Assembly: GCF_009914755.1 (NCBI RefSeq)
Contig: NC_060928.1
Length of the DNA: 64,000 nucleotides
From: the human T2T-CHM13v2.0 reference genome, Homo sapiens
Direction: 5' to 3' (one strand)
The position numbers and the translations under genes are program-made. Below the pieces are notes generated by a model that saw only the letters and a list, made by a program, of their open reading frames with translations, was not told the DNA's origin and did no database searches. Shown one piece after another: positions 1 through 15,130 of this stretch (its first letter is position 1; every line of letters begins with the position of its first letter).

Positions 1-162
1 CATCTCACAGCCTCCTGAGCCCCTGCATCCTACATTCACCCATGCGCCTAGTGCCTTGAAGGTTTACATTTATTTGGCTCCACTGCATACAGGGCACCGT
101 GCAGGGGTCCTCTGAAACCCCGGGAGGCCCGTGGAGCAGACCTCTGCTTCGTGCTTTGCTGA

Positions 163-869
<707 letters not shown>

Positions 870-981
870 CCTTGTCATTTTGCTAGAACCTGCACAGTCC
901 TTAGTGACGTCCTTGCCTCTGGCAGGATCCCCTGGCTGGGCCCTGCTGCCCCCCTCACTTTCCTCGGTCCCTGCTTTCCAG

Positions 982-1395
982 TGTGAAAGCTGTCAGAATC
1001 AAAATGGAGACACTTGTCTTAAACAAAACAAAACAAAACCCCAACCAATAGAGCTGGGAACAGCCCTGACGGTATTCCCCATAAAACCATCACAGAAGAC
1101 AGCAAACACCACAATCGTGAGCAAAGTCCATCACAACCTCACACAAAAAACACTTCTGTGAGGACACCTGCCCAACCTCAGACTGTTACCACCCGTGTTC
1201 TCGATTCCTGTGGCAAGGATAAATATCCCAAAACAATTCTGTGATTCTCTTCACTTTGCCATTAAAGCCTCTGTGCTTTTACCTCCCTGAAAACGCACAG
1301 CGGACTCCAGCATACGTATTTGCACGCAATGCCCGACTCCTGAACGAACCTCGTTTTCATTTGGAGAGCCTCTCTGGCGGTGGTTCGGGTGGACG
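982..1395 (+). mobile_element. ERV1 solo LTR, MER65-like
   Basis: Starts TGTGAAAGCTGTCAGAATCAAAATGGAG and follows the recalled MER65 consensus to GAGAGCCTCTCT...GGTGGACG; flanked by near-matching 4-bp CCAG/CTAG. Confidence 0.75.
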
Positions 1396-1528
1396 CTAGT
1401 GTGGACATGGCATTGGGAAAACGCTGCCTGTGCACCAGGGCTGCCTGTTGCTCCAGGGGTGCTCACTGCTTCCAGGCCCGTCCGTGGACAGAGCTAGATA
1501 TCCAATTGTTTTTAAAGGGAAAACACAA

Positions 1529-1838
1529 GGCCAGGCGTGGTGGCTCACACCTGTAATCCCAGCATTTTGGGAGGCCGAGGCCGGTGGATCACCTGAGGTC
1601 AGGAGTTCAAGACCAGCCTGGCCAATATGGTGAAACCCTGTCTCTACTAAAAATGCAAAAAAAAAAAAAAAAAAAAAAAAATAGCTGGGCAAGGTGGCAG
1701 GCTACTCTGGTGGCTGAGGCAGGAGAATGGCTTGAACCCAGAAGGTGGAGGTTGCAGTGAGCTGAGATCACACCATTGGACTACAGCCTGGGTGACAGAC
1801 CAAGACTCTATCTCAAAAACAAAAACAAAAATAAAAAA
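1529..1838 (+). mobile_element. Alu SINE (AluSx-like)
   Basis: GGCCAGGCGTGGTGGCTCAC start, long A linker, short deletion in right arm, TSD-like AAAACACA. Confidence 0.95.
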
Positions 1839-2269
1839 CACAGAGGGTTCCTGTTGCTACTTCCAATTCCAAACCAGAATGACCTTCTCCTGTGCAGAGA
1901 ATCCCAGATTTCAGGGCAAAGGAGGGGAAGGACAAAGTAGAAAGTCACACAACTGTGCCTGCTTGATCCAAAGCACACACGACAGTCTCTCAGCCCAGTG
2001 CTAGTCCGCTACCCACAGTGCAATCACTGCAAACAGCTCCAGTTGTTTCCTCAAGTTCCTTTGGTTCTGGGATATAACCCACTAGGGCTATATGTAAGCT
2101 CCGAGGATTGGCTTTTAATATTCCTGGCAGCTGAGAAGAACAAGGTGCCGTGAAGAGCCACAGCCCCTCCAGAAACTGCACCTGGGCAGCGGGCCGTGTG
2201 GCCACAGCTGAGACCCTGAGGAGTGGGTCCCCAGGGGACTGGTCTCGGGGAGAGGGGCTGCCTCTTAAA

Positions 2270-3001
<732 letters not shown>

Positions 3002-3155
3002 CTATCCAGGCACAGCTTCAGTGTTGTCTGAGCTTGTTTAATTTGTTTCCTCTGCTTAAGGAGAAACATATCAGAATTATCTCCATCTCACAAGCACAGA
3101 CAGGTCAAGTGACTTATGCACCATCACACAACCAGGGTTAGAAACCAGAAAACCG

Positions 3156-3541
<386 letters not shown>

Positions 3542-3912
3542 TCACAGAGAAAGAAAGACATGTCCAGGTTGGCAAGGATGAAGGGAAGATGACCTCTGGA
3601 CCCTCCTCTGAGCAGACGAGCATGGACTTAGCACAGAGCCGGCAGGAGGAAGAGGAAGCAGGGCTACTCACCTCCGTGAGACATTCGAGGCCACGTGAGA
3701 GCCACCGGAAAGTGAGGTTTGAGTGTGGAATCAGGAGCATGCGATAGAGAGGCATCCCATGGCTGACCTCCTAGGCCTGGGGGTGTAAGTGGCCGGAAGC
3801 CCCCGGGGGCCCAGGCGCGGTGGGGAGAAGGTGCACCCAGTCCCTGGTGGAGGGTGGCGTTCCGGTTCCTGCCCTGCAGGACTGGGAATCTGATGTTGAG
3901 GATGCAAGGGAA

Positions 3913-3929
3913 CAGCGCCGCCTGGTGGC
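3913..3929 (-). promoter_or_regulatory. Candidate CTCF site
   Basis: Minus strand reads GCCACCAGGCGGCGCTG, one mismatch to the CCACYAGRKGGCGC core. Motif match only. Confidence 0.45.
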
Positions 3930-4198
3930 ATCGGAACACCGGGACCACGCGGGGACCCTGAGCAGGAGCGAGCCCTCGGTGGAAACCGGGAGAGAAGCCT
4001 GAGCCAGCTGCAAACCCAGGCAACTGCAAAAGAGCCACAAGAGGAAGAATGGGGAGGAGCAGGAACCGGCAGAGCGGGAATCGGATGCGGGCTGCACTCC
4101 TCGTTAAAAGACCACCCGACTGGGCTGAAAACACGTTGCATGCGATTTAAAGAAGCGTGATTATGGGCCGGTGATAAGGCTTCGAATAAAGTGATGCC

Positions 4199-4543
<345 letters not shown>

Positions 4544-5062
4544 TTAGTACAGAGGCGGCGAGGTGAAGAGCAAAGCGTGAAGTGGGAAAGACATTGTGAA
4601 CAAGTAGTAAGATAAAAAATAAATCTGTATTATACATGAATCAATTCAGCAGGTAACTCTATAAAAGCCAAGTTATTTAGAAATATAAGAACTTAATAAA
4701 AGCAGGATCCCAGATGGTCCCATGCTGGGTACCATCTTCAGAATCAGACTAATTTAGTAGATGATAAATAAATAAATTAGATTTTAGAGAATTGAGCCAC
4801 GTAATCAGCAAACTCGATTTAATAGTTGTGTAAAACATCCCCTACTTCACATAGAGACAGTTTTTCAAAGTCCCATTGAGCATTTATAAACATTGATGAT
4901 GTTTATAGTTGCAAAGAAAACCTTAAGAAAATTGAAAAGGTAGATTTTTTTTCTAGCTGTATTCTAGAAAAATTAGAAATAATAAATTTTTGCTCCTCTA
5001 CCCCCAGAAACCCTCACTACATGGAAAGTAAGCAATATACTCTTAAACAGCACTTTTTATGT

Positions 5063-5490
5063 TACAGAATAGGTTTAGCTGCATGGCTGAGAACAACCAG
5101 AAGAGTGGATCACCATGATGGAAATAAAAATAACTTTTTTGTTATTTCTAACACAAAAGTCTGGGCTGTGTGGTGGGCGGGGAGCTGGGTGCTCTCTGAG
5201 CACCTAGGCTTCACCATGCTGCTGGTCCACTGTCTCATGGGGTGTCCTCCTCCACACAGTCCCAGCTTGCTCACCACCACACCTGTACCCCAGCAGAAAG
5301 ACACGGAGGGTGCCATCACTTCTGCTCATACCCCATTGGCCAGACATAGTCACATGGCCATGCCTGACTCAGGGGATGCTGGGAGATGCAGCTTTTATCC
5401 TGGGTGGAAGTGGACCCAGTAAACACCAAGGCTGCTGTTACTACAGGGAAAGGGGAGAGGAGATTTGGGAAGAGAATCACTCTGTATGAC
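5063..5490 (-). mobile_element. Old MaLR LTR (MLT1J/K-like)
   Basis: Typical block CACTTCTGCTCATACCCCATTGGCCAGACATAGTCACATGGCCA...GCTGGGAGATGCAG. Confidence 0.7.
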
Positions 5491-5650
5491 ATTCTTGGAA
5501 TTAGAATGAAAGCTGGAATTAGAAACTAATCTGACAGCCACAAAAAGGGAAGCTCCTCAGTAAGAAACAAGAAAGCCTTAAATACTTTCAGTATTGAAGA
5601 AGAAAGACTACAAGAAAGGAATCGATGTATCACTTTAAGAAAGTATTAGA

Positions 5651-5948
5651 GGCTGGGCGCCACCCCCAGTGGCTCACGCCTGTAATCCCAGCACTTTGGG
5701 AGGCTGAGGTGGCTGGATCACTTGAGGTCAGGAGTTTGAGACCAGCCTGGCCAACATGGTGAAACCCCATCTCTACCAAAAATACAAAAATTAGCTGGGC
5801 GTGATGGTGGGTGCCTATAATCCCAGCTACTTGGGAGGCTGAGACACGAGAATCTCTTGAACCTGGGGAGGCGGAGGTTGCGGTGAGCCAAGATCATGCC
5901 ACTGCACTCCAGCCTGGGCTATAGAGTGAGACTCAATCTCAAAAAAAA
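5651..5948 (+). mobile_element. Alu SINE (AluS-like)
   Basis: Full dimer, TSD AAGAAAGTATTAGA, extra CACCCCC inserted near the 5' end. Confidence 0.95.
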
Positions 5949-7557
5949 GAAAGTATTAGAAAAAGAGATGAAAGTGACAGAGATAAAAGATGAAATTAAA
6001 CAAATAGAAAGCAAACGAAAACAGGAGAAAGTACTCAGAAGTCCCCGAGTTGGTTCTTTGAAGACACCACAAAGTAGACACATCTGTCATAAACCTGATT
6101 AAGAAATAAAGCAAGCAAAAAAGACACAATGAAAAACAAGAAAAGAGTTGGGACTAAAAAATGGGAAGAGGTTTAAAATATTTTTTTAAAAAAACTTCAT
6201 AGAACTCTTTATATAACTCTTCAATAAAGCTGAACCCCAAGAAAAAAAGAGATGACTTCCTAGAAAAATATGAATTAAATATATAACATATACTAAAATA
6301 TAAATATAAGTGGGTAAAATTGACCTAAGACAAAGTAGATGACGTGAGCATCTCGTTACCATAGAAGAGATGAGAACGTGGTCGCCAGGGCTGGGGGTGT
6401 GTGTGACTGTGATGGGCACGGAGTTTTTTGGGGGATGATGAAAAAGCTCTGCAGTTAGAGAGTGGTGATGGTTGTACAAATGTGAAATACAAAAACCCAA
6501 AGAACAGCACTTCAAAATTGTTAAAATGGTGAATACTATGTTATGCGAATTTTATCTCAATTTATAAAAAGGAGTCACGGAGAAGGCTCTGTGGAAGAGA
6601 CCAGGAAGGAGTCTTCAGGGAGGAGGAAGTGAAACCAGGCGACAGTGTTGACAGGGGCATCGAGGGTGAGGGGATTTGCAGAGAGCATACGTGTGGGGTC
6701 TGGTGCACACCCAGGGCTTCCCATCGTCCTGGTCACCGGGTGCCCAGCTTGGCTCACAGAGTGTTCTTGCCCTGTCTGGGGTCCCTGCTGACCTGTGAGC
6801 CTGTGTGAGAGGGAGCAGTGAGCTGTGTCCGTCTGACACCCTCTGCATCCCAGGTCCGAGCAGAGAGCTGGCCACCCTGATGCTCACCGGGCAGAGAAGA
6901 GAGGATGAATGAAATGAATGAATGAATGAACAAGAAATAGGAGGAAAACTGGAAAATAGCCGTCGATGTTGGTGGTGTGGATGTCACAGAGACTTGTCAA
7001 AGGCGTCTCTGGGGTGTGGTGGAGGGTGGACTGAGCCATCTGTGAGGGGAACAGGGTACCAGGCCTCACTGGGGTGTGGAGGGAGGCCAAGGGAGGGTGC
7101 TTATCCTCTGGAAGGGGGATCAAAACGATTCTAAATCATACATGTCTGGAGCCCCCAGTCTGAGTTGGGAAAGGGAGGTAGGGGGTGGGTAAGGGGGAGG
7201 GGAGAGGTGGGCCTCGGCCCCTGCAGGGGCTCTGGGCCTGGGGGGCTGGAGCAGCAGGAAGGAAGGTGAAATGGGTGTGGTGGCTGGAGGCTGGGAAGTG
7301 GAGACCCTGGCTGCCTCCTGGCCTCTGTTTTCTCTGAGCAGTGAGAAAATAGCTGTTCTCGGAGAGTGAGGGGCAGTGGGAGAGTGATGGTCAGGGGAGC
7401 CACCCCTGGAAATGGGCAGGAGCTGAACAAGACGTGGGGGCCTTGCAGGGCCAGAGGCTTCCCTGAGCCCCGTCCTGGGCCCCTCCAGCTCACTCGCGGT
7501 ATGGGCTTGGCACTCTTGAGACACCTGGACTTTTGACTTTGAAGCCATCTTGAAGGG

Positions 7558-7862
7558 CACCTAGAGACACCTGCACCCAGCCCAATGTCCTCTCCAGCGT
7601 CTCGGGCAGGGGGGCCTCTCAACCACCTTTGCCAGCCACCTTTACCTAGACACACCTGCACCCAGCCCGATGCCCTCTCCGGAGTCCCTGGGGCCCCTCT
7701 CACCACCCTTCCCAGCTACCTTCACCTAGACACACCTGCACCCAGCTTGATGTCCTCTCCAGCATCCCTGGGGACCACGCTAACCACCTTTGCTGGCTGC
7801 CTTCACCTAGACACACCTGCACCCCACCCAATGTCCTCTCACCACCCTTGCCGGCTGCCTTC
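7558..7862. repeat. Degenerate minisatellite, about 81-bp unit, 3.7 copies
   Basis: ACCTAGA(C/G)ACACCTGCACCC recurs in units starting 7558, 7643, 7723, 7804. Confidence 0.9.
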
Positions 7863-8141
7863 TGGGATGGGGTGAAATGGGGTGATCAGCCCCTTGGGAA
7901 GCTGTTGCTCCTGGATTTTTCTCGTCGTGAAAAAGCACTTCCTTACATGGATCCCATTTCTTCTTTGAACCGTCCACCGAATGTGGCCCTCGGCAGCTGC
8001 ACTGGCCATGTCCTCTCTCTTCCCTGTGACAATGTTTTGACCGCTGGGCAGATCCTGTGGCCTTGCAACTTTTCTCTCTGCTAAGTGCCGTGTTCTCTTC
8101 TCCCAGGTGGACAGGGCACAGGCAGCGGAGAGAAGCCGTGT

Positions 8142-8253
8142 AGGGCCGGGTCCCGTGTTCCACCAAGCATGACACCATAAAACACTGGCGAACGATCAGG
8201 GCCAGGCCCCGTGTTCCACCAGGCATGACACCACAAAGCACTTGCAAGTGATT
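8142..8253. repeat. 56-bp tandem duplication
   Basis: AGGGCC..CCCGTGTTCCACCA.GCATGACACCA.AAA.CACT at 8142 and 8198. Confidence 0.88.
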
Positions 8254-11123
8254 TTATGAGAGTCATTTTTTCTCTTCCATTTTCGTATACAAATCTAATC
8301 TTTGGAGAACCCTCTCCCTTCTAACTCACATATTATGGGCTTTCATCAATAATAATATACGATCAATTACTCAAATGTAATTGATTAGTCGAGAGAACCG
8401 TATTTCCCCTCTTAGTTTGTGTCTGACTGGTTATAAAGCACAGCCATTGCTGTGGGTGGTGGCCCTGCCCTTTGGCCGTGGGCTATCTTTACCTTTTAGC
8501 TGAGATTCAATTTATATGCAATTTGCTAACGTTAGCTTAAGAAAAATCCAAAAGGGCACTTTGCGGCCCAGCCCCGCAGAGGACACCAGCCCGGCTTTGC
8601 TAAGTGGCCTGCGAGGCGGGCCTGCGGCTGAAATGGCCTTTTGCGCTGGCTCTCAGCTTTGTTCATCTTTATTTGGCCACACAGATAATTTTTTGTCATC
8701 AGAAAGTTGAGTTCCACAAATCCAATATCCCCCAATTCAATAAAGAGAATCAGAGCCTGTTTTGACCAGTCTGCATCTCTCTCGGCTGAAACAAACCCGT
8801 GGTGTTTTACCAACATGGCAGCGATGCCCAGACAGCGCCCAGCACAACAGCACAGGGAACCGCAGGCCCCGGCCCAGGACACCATGGCCTCCCATGTGCA
8901 GGGGAGAGCGGAGGCTCCTAGCACCCGGGCTTGTGCCTCTCACAACCGCTGACCTGTCTGCCTGTCTCCACGTTCCCGCCTGGTGATGTGGTTGGCTCAG
9001 GGCGGGCAGGATCCTGGGAGTGCAGGGCCTGTGCCAGAAGGCTGGAGCGCAGCCTGTGCGGTGACGCTAACTGCGCCTCTCTGGCTTCCTGGGAGAAAGG
9101 TGGGCGGCAGGCCCCGACACTGGGGGCTTAGGAGGTGTCTGCAGGTTGGCCATGTCTGCAGCCAGGTTGAGACTCCTGAAGAAACAGAGTAGAAAGAGGG
9201 GCTCCTTTGAAGCCCCATGTCCCTCAAGGCCCCATGCAGATGCTCCCCGTCCACGTCAGCTTCACCATCGCCCTGGCAAGGATTAATTTCTCCTTCCCAC
9301 CAGTCCCACAGAATGGAGCTGATACCTCTCTTTAAGTCCTATCAGACAGGAAGAGAAGAACACGAGGAAGAAGGGAAAATAGCGAAACCTGCACCCATCA
9401 CCTCACAAAGCACATCAGGGTCATTGTCTTCAAGGACCCTGGGAGGCCAGTGGTGCCGTCTCTCTGGCGTCGCCTCTCCTCTGTCCTCGTCACACTCAAA
9501 GGCCGGGAAAGGATGGCTTTGGTGAGAAGATAATTCCTCGCTGATGATCCACTTTCTCACTTCCCATGTGTCCCTCTCTGGGCTTTGACCTCAGGACAAG
9601 CCAACAAGTGCCTGTTCCGGTTTCACAGCTGCTGGCAGGAGACATGAAGCTCCCGGGTCAGAGACAAAGAATGCCACCACTCCCAGCTCAGCAAGCACAG
9701 GAGTGTCACTGCCCCGTCCATTTCCTGGTCCCTGAGTCCCACAAGAGTGATTCAGAGGGTGACACTACACACGCAGCCGGTTTGCTGCGGAGGAACACGG
9801 GGCTGGGGCGTCTGCTGCTTTTAGAGCAGGCCTGCCCTTTGTCCAGGAGGGAGGTATCGCTGTATCCTCCAAGGTTGCTGCTACAAACCAACTCTGAGAG
9901 ATGGTCTGGGGACAGGGTGGTCAGGGTCTTGCCTTCCGGGCACCCCAGCATGAATGTGCAGGACCGTCAGAGCCACAGTGGAGTGCCTCACCCAAGCCCT
10001 TTGGCCCCCAGGCCCTGCAATCTGGCTTCTCCGACACCCTAAGGCTTCTTACCAAGTCACTCCGCTCCTGGTCCTTATCCTACTGGGTCTTGAGTGTTGA
10101 TGCTGCTGGCCACGCCTCCCTGCTTGGACTGGGGTCCTCTGTTGGTCTTGGGTCATCATCCACCTGACCCCTGCCCAGCTGTCTCGCTGCTTTTTCTTAG
10201 TCCCCTTCATGTTCAAGTCTTATGTGCTGGGGGCACAGGGTACCCCGCAACACTGGCCTGCTATTCTCCTCTCTCCCTGGAGGGGAACATCCACTTACAG
10301 GGCTACAACCACCGTCGAGTTCTCCTGCCTGCTGGAAAGGCTTATTCACCCTCATGCCGCTGTCAGCTGGAGCCGCAGCCTCTCAGGCCATTGCTGTGGG
10401 TGTGCTACCTTCTCCTGGGCCACCCACATTTTCCTTCTTGTCTGTCACCCACCCCTGCCCGCCCAGACCAGGAGCTCTCTGAAAGCCTTTCTGGAACAAA
10501 GAGAGAAATAATATACACCCATGTGTGTGCACTTGTACACACACACACACACACGCACACTCCAAGCTCCCTGAGGAAGGACCTGCGTCTTGTTGTCCCC
10601 AAGGCACCCTCAGCATTTAGCACTGGGCACTCAGTGGCCCAGTCATTTCCAAATTACTGAATCAACTCTTGAGTACTTACCGCAGCCAGTTGCCGCAAGA
10701 TTAGATAAGATAACCCATGTGAAGTGCTTAGCAGGAGGGCTGGCTCTGTGGAGCCCCCCACCCAGTAACCACCGTTTCTAAAAGTGTTCTCAGGAGGTGA
10801 GAAGTGCAGGTGCCCCTCCTCCATAAGCCTTCTCTCCGAGGGCTTCCTGCAAAGTCCCCTCCGAGGAGCTGGTTCCCCAGCATTCCCTGGAGACAGAATC
10901 AGAAGAACCACACCTACGTTGCAAAGCACACTTCTAAGCACTTGCCTCAAAAAAGCCCCCCTCAACCCTGTAAAGAGAAAGAGGATGAATGGTGAGCTCC
11001 TGTTTGCAGACGCTGAGATGGTGTCACAGCTTTCACATTGCTTCAGCTAGAGGCAGAGGTATGCCCAGGGTGAGGGCCCCACCTGGGCTGCAGATGCCTC
11101 CATGGCCCTCTGCAGTCTCTGGT

Positions 11124-11509
11124 GTGATGGACTTAACATGTGTATCTCCCCTAAGCCCCCGTGTGATGGTGTCTAGAGACCAGGCCTCCGCAGGGTGAGC
11201 AGGTATAGATGAGGTCGTGAGGGTGAGGTCCTCCTGACAGAATCCCTGCCTGTCCAGAAGACATAAGCGTGTGCTCTCTCTCTCTCTCTCTCTTTCTCTC
11301 TCTGTCTACCCACAGGTACCAAGAAAGGCCACCCAAGGCCTTAGGGAGAAGGCAGCTATCTGTGCTCCAGAAGGAGGCCTCACCAGGAATGGAACGTGGC
11401 TGAACCTTGAGGTTAGACTTTGCAGTTTCCAGAACTGAGAGGAATAACTGTTTGTCGCTTAACCTCCCAGTCTGTGGCATTTTGTGATGGCAGCCCTGAG
11501 CTAAGAGAC
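11124..11509 (+). mobile_element. MaLR LTR (MLT1A-like) with internal (CT)n
   Basis: AGATGAGGTCGTGAGGGTG, TTCCAGAACTGAGAGGAATAA, CCCAGTCTGTGGCATTTTGTGATGGCAGCC. Confidence 0.82.
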
Positions 11510-12050
11510 CTGGATTCCTGAGGGTGACAGAGCAAGGGGACCCCCGGGGGGTGGCCTCGCACCGCTGGCTACATGGAAGGTATCTGGCACTGGAGTTCTC
11601 TGCTCTGAACCTGGCCTGTAAGGCACAGGCAGGGCAGAGGGCATCTGATGTCCCTCTGCAGGTGCCACCTGGACGGGCGGTGGTAAATCCCAGCCTGACC
11701 GAGTGTTGACCCCGGTGAATGGCAGCAGCGTCCACCCTGGCTCTGTAGGGGCGGCCTCTGTGCAGCTGAAGGCGTCCGTCCTGAGGGGCCGCCTGACCCC
11801 TGGCCTCACCCCCCAACAGGGCGGCGGCCAACTTGTGAACAGGAGCGTTTCGGCCCCGGCTCCTGAAGCCTGCCGTGGAAGCCCTGCGCCATGCCCGGCC
11901 CTCGTTCCTCAGGGCCTCAGGCTGGAGTGGCGGGGAGGGTGGGCGAGGCTCCTGCCTGGCTGCATGCTGGCACTGTCAGAATCGTGGAGTTTTCCAAGCT
12001 GGAAAACGGAGACTTAGTGACTTGCAAAGGGGCTTTCCAAGCCTCAGGCC

Positions 12051-12400
12051 TGCATCGGATTCCTGTGGCTGCTGTCACAAAAGCCCTGCTCACCAGGGCC
12101 TAAAACAGCAGAGACGGCTCCATCCCAGGCCAGGGAGCGGCAGCGCCACATCAAGCAGGGCCAGGCTCCCTCCCATGGCTCTGGGGAGGCTCCTGGTGGC
12201 TCCCTGGCCTCCTCCTCCTGAGTCAGTCTGTGTGTCCCCATCTCCTCTTGCAGTTCCACTGGATCAGGGCCCACCTTGCTCCAGCAGGACCTGCTCTTAA
12301 CTGATGACACCTGCAATGACCCTACTTCCAAAGAAGGCCACATTCCCCAGGCGCTGTGGGTTAGGACTTTAACATCTTTTGCAGGGGACGTAAGTCAAAA
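12051..12400 (-). mobile_element. MaLR LTR (MLT1C-like)
   Basis: GGCTGCTGTCACAAAA start; CTGCAATGACCCTACTTCCAAAGAAGGCCACATTC...GGTTAGGACTT near the end. Confidence 0.78.
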
Positions 12401-13717
12401 GCCTCCCTGGGGCAGCACCCCCGGAGGCCCCGGAACAGGCGCTCCTGGGCCTCTCCCCTTGTGGCTGCTTTTGTCCCCAGGGTTACTGGCATTTCCTCCT
12501 AGTTCTCCCTGGGACATAGCAGAGGAAAAAGTCCCCAGCAGGGAATGGAGCAGGTGATGGCTTTCCACCCGCACCGTGATCCATGCTGACCCTGCACCAA
12601 GGGGTAGGCGCACCTTGTCAGCTGCCTGAACCCCAAGAAGGGGGTGGGTTTCTGAGGATCCTGGCACACTGGAGCGGGGGCTCCCAGAGAAGCAGCCGTG
12701 TGCATCATGGGCAAGGCCGCGTGCAATGCCAGCGTGGCGCCGTGGCTCACTGAGTTCTGTTGAGTGGGAGATTAGAGGACAGAAGAGGAGGAGGCTCCGG
12801 GCCTCGGGCTCCCAGGATCCCCTCACACTCTGGGGTGTGAACCCAGCTCCACTGCTTCCTGGCTGCCAGCCCTGGGGCAGGTACTCAAATACTCTGCCTC
12901 TGTGTACTCATCCAGAACGTGGGACGATGATACGACCATCCTTCCGGGCTGCTACGGTGACTGAGAGGGAAGGCTGGTGCAGCCCCCATGTCTTCAGCCA
13001 TGGTGGGGAGAATGAGGGGCAGCTCCCCTCTGCGTGTGTGGGTGTGGGGACATGGGGACAACCTGCCCCTGTGTAGCATGAATCACCATCAACAGGATGC
13101 CTCTGGATATCCCGGTGCTGGAGGGAGGCAGAGGTGAGTGCCTTCACCATACTGGGATGGGGGCTGCCCGGGTGGAGGTGGTGGGAGGCCTTGGAGATCC
13201 CTGGTCCTTCCTGCCCCTCATATCACAGGAGGGGAGTCTGAGGCCTGGGCTTGGAGACTCACCGCAGTAGCACAGCCTGTTGGTGACTGGTTGGGTACTG
13301 TGCCCCAAGCATCTTCTGGGGTCAACACCAGGCTCCAGGTAGGCCCCTGAGACCTTGGCTCCCGCTGTGATGTGGCGTGTTGGGGAGGAGCGTGGTGTGG
13401 CTGGCAGGGTGGTGCTGTGTGCCCGGGGCAGCTCCTGGGCCGCAGTGTCCCCCTTCCACACTGGTGACAGCCACCCTCCAGCAGGGTGCCAGCGAGAGCT
13501 ATTTGACGCAGATGTCGGAGTGGAATTTTGCAGTACGAACCCTGACTCTGCCTGGCCACGCGGTGTGGCCAGTGCTTCTGTACACAGCAGCACCTTGTCT
13601 GCAGGGAAGGAGGCAAAATTGCACGTCCCCTCCTGGCGAAGGCCACTTGAGGCAGGGCCGGCGCTCACTGAGCCTCAGAAAAGGCAGTCCCCGTTGTTGA
13701 TGAGGATGGTTGGACCC

Positions 13718-14130
13718 TGCTGTGGCTTGGGTTGTGGTGTCCTCAAAAATACTGAAGTCCAGCCCCAGGTACTGTGACCTTATTTGGAACGAGGGGCCAC
13801 TGTAGATGTAATGAAGTTAAATGAGGTCACCTGGGATTTAGGGTGGGCCCTAACCAGTGACTGGTGTCATTATGGGAAGAGGAGAGGAGACGCACAGACG
13901 CCAGGAGGTGACAGCTGAGGCCGAGGCTGGAGGGAAAGGCCACAAGCCGAGGGAGGTGAAGGCTGACCGGCGACGCTGGGATCTGTGAGATGCCGGGAAG
14001 GACCCGGAGCGTGGTCCTGCCAGCACCTTGATTTCGGACTCTGGCCTCCAGGACCGTGTGAAAATAAATGTCTGCCATTGAGGGCACCCCATTGGTGGGG
14101 CTTCCTCCAGCAGCTGTGAGAGACACTCAC
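13718..14130 (+). mobile_element. MaLR LTR (MLT1B/C-like)
   Basis: TGTGACCTTATTTGGAA, TTAAATGAGGTCA, CACCTTGATTTCGGACTCTGGCCTCCAG. Confidence 0.85.
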
Positions 14131-14838
14131 AGACCCTACCAGGAGACGGCTGCGCCTCTGTGCGTTTTTGCCAAGGTGGCCGTTTGAGGAGAGATGAACT
14201 TGGGAGTGGTTCCTCAGGAGCTACACGGCATTCTGTTTCTCCCCCCTGGGGGTTGGTCATTTTATGAGAGAATTGGAGGAAAAAAAATCCCTTCCGACGC
14301 TCTAAGCCCGGGCCAGAGTGCCTGGAGCTCAATGGAGCGGGCATAATTTGTTTGCTTTGCAATTCTCTCCCCTCAGTGGAGACAAATTGATTTCTACGTG
14401 GAAATGGGCCGTGGCTGGGAGGCGGCGGGCTTGTGAGAGGGCAAGGTTTGCCGGGTTTCAGGAAGGGCTGGTCCGGGCCGGCAGGCCACGGCCCACCCAC
14501 TGCTGGTGAGAATGTGCCCAGGTGAGCCCCTCCGGGACCCAGAACCCTAAAACTGCTCAGAGAGTTTGCTGTGGAGCCGCGCTGTGCCGAGCCTCTCCCG
14601 GTGCTGTCCCAAGCCTCTCCCCACGAGTCTGTGGGTGCAGCTGCTGGCCATGTGTTTACGGAACATCTCCCTCAAACAGAGGGACCCTGGTGGCGCCAAC
14701 AGAGGCAGGGAAAACATGGGAACGGCGGGCCTGCCCTGGGCTGTGGCCTCCTGAGACATCAGACGCTGAGGGAAGTGTTGAAAGGCTGTATGATGACAGC
14801 CGCCATACAGGAAGGCCAGGGCATTGTTTAGCAAATAA

Positions 14839-15130
<292 letters not shown>

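Noticed and set aside
7558-7862. Repeat-spacer array
   Set aside because: The variable parts are homologous to each other, so it is a decayed minisatellite.
12051-14130. Two MLT1 LTRs flanking a provirus
   Set aside because: They are in opposite orientation and the interval shows no MaLR internal sequence.
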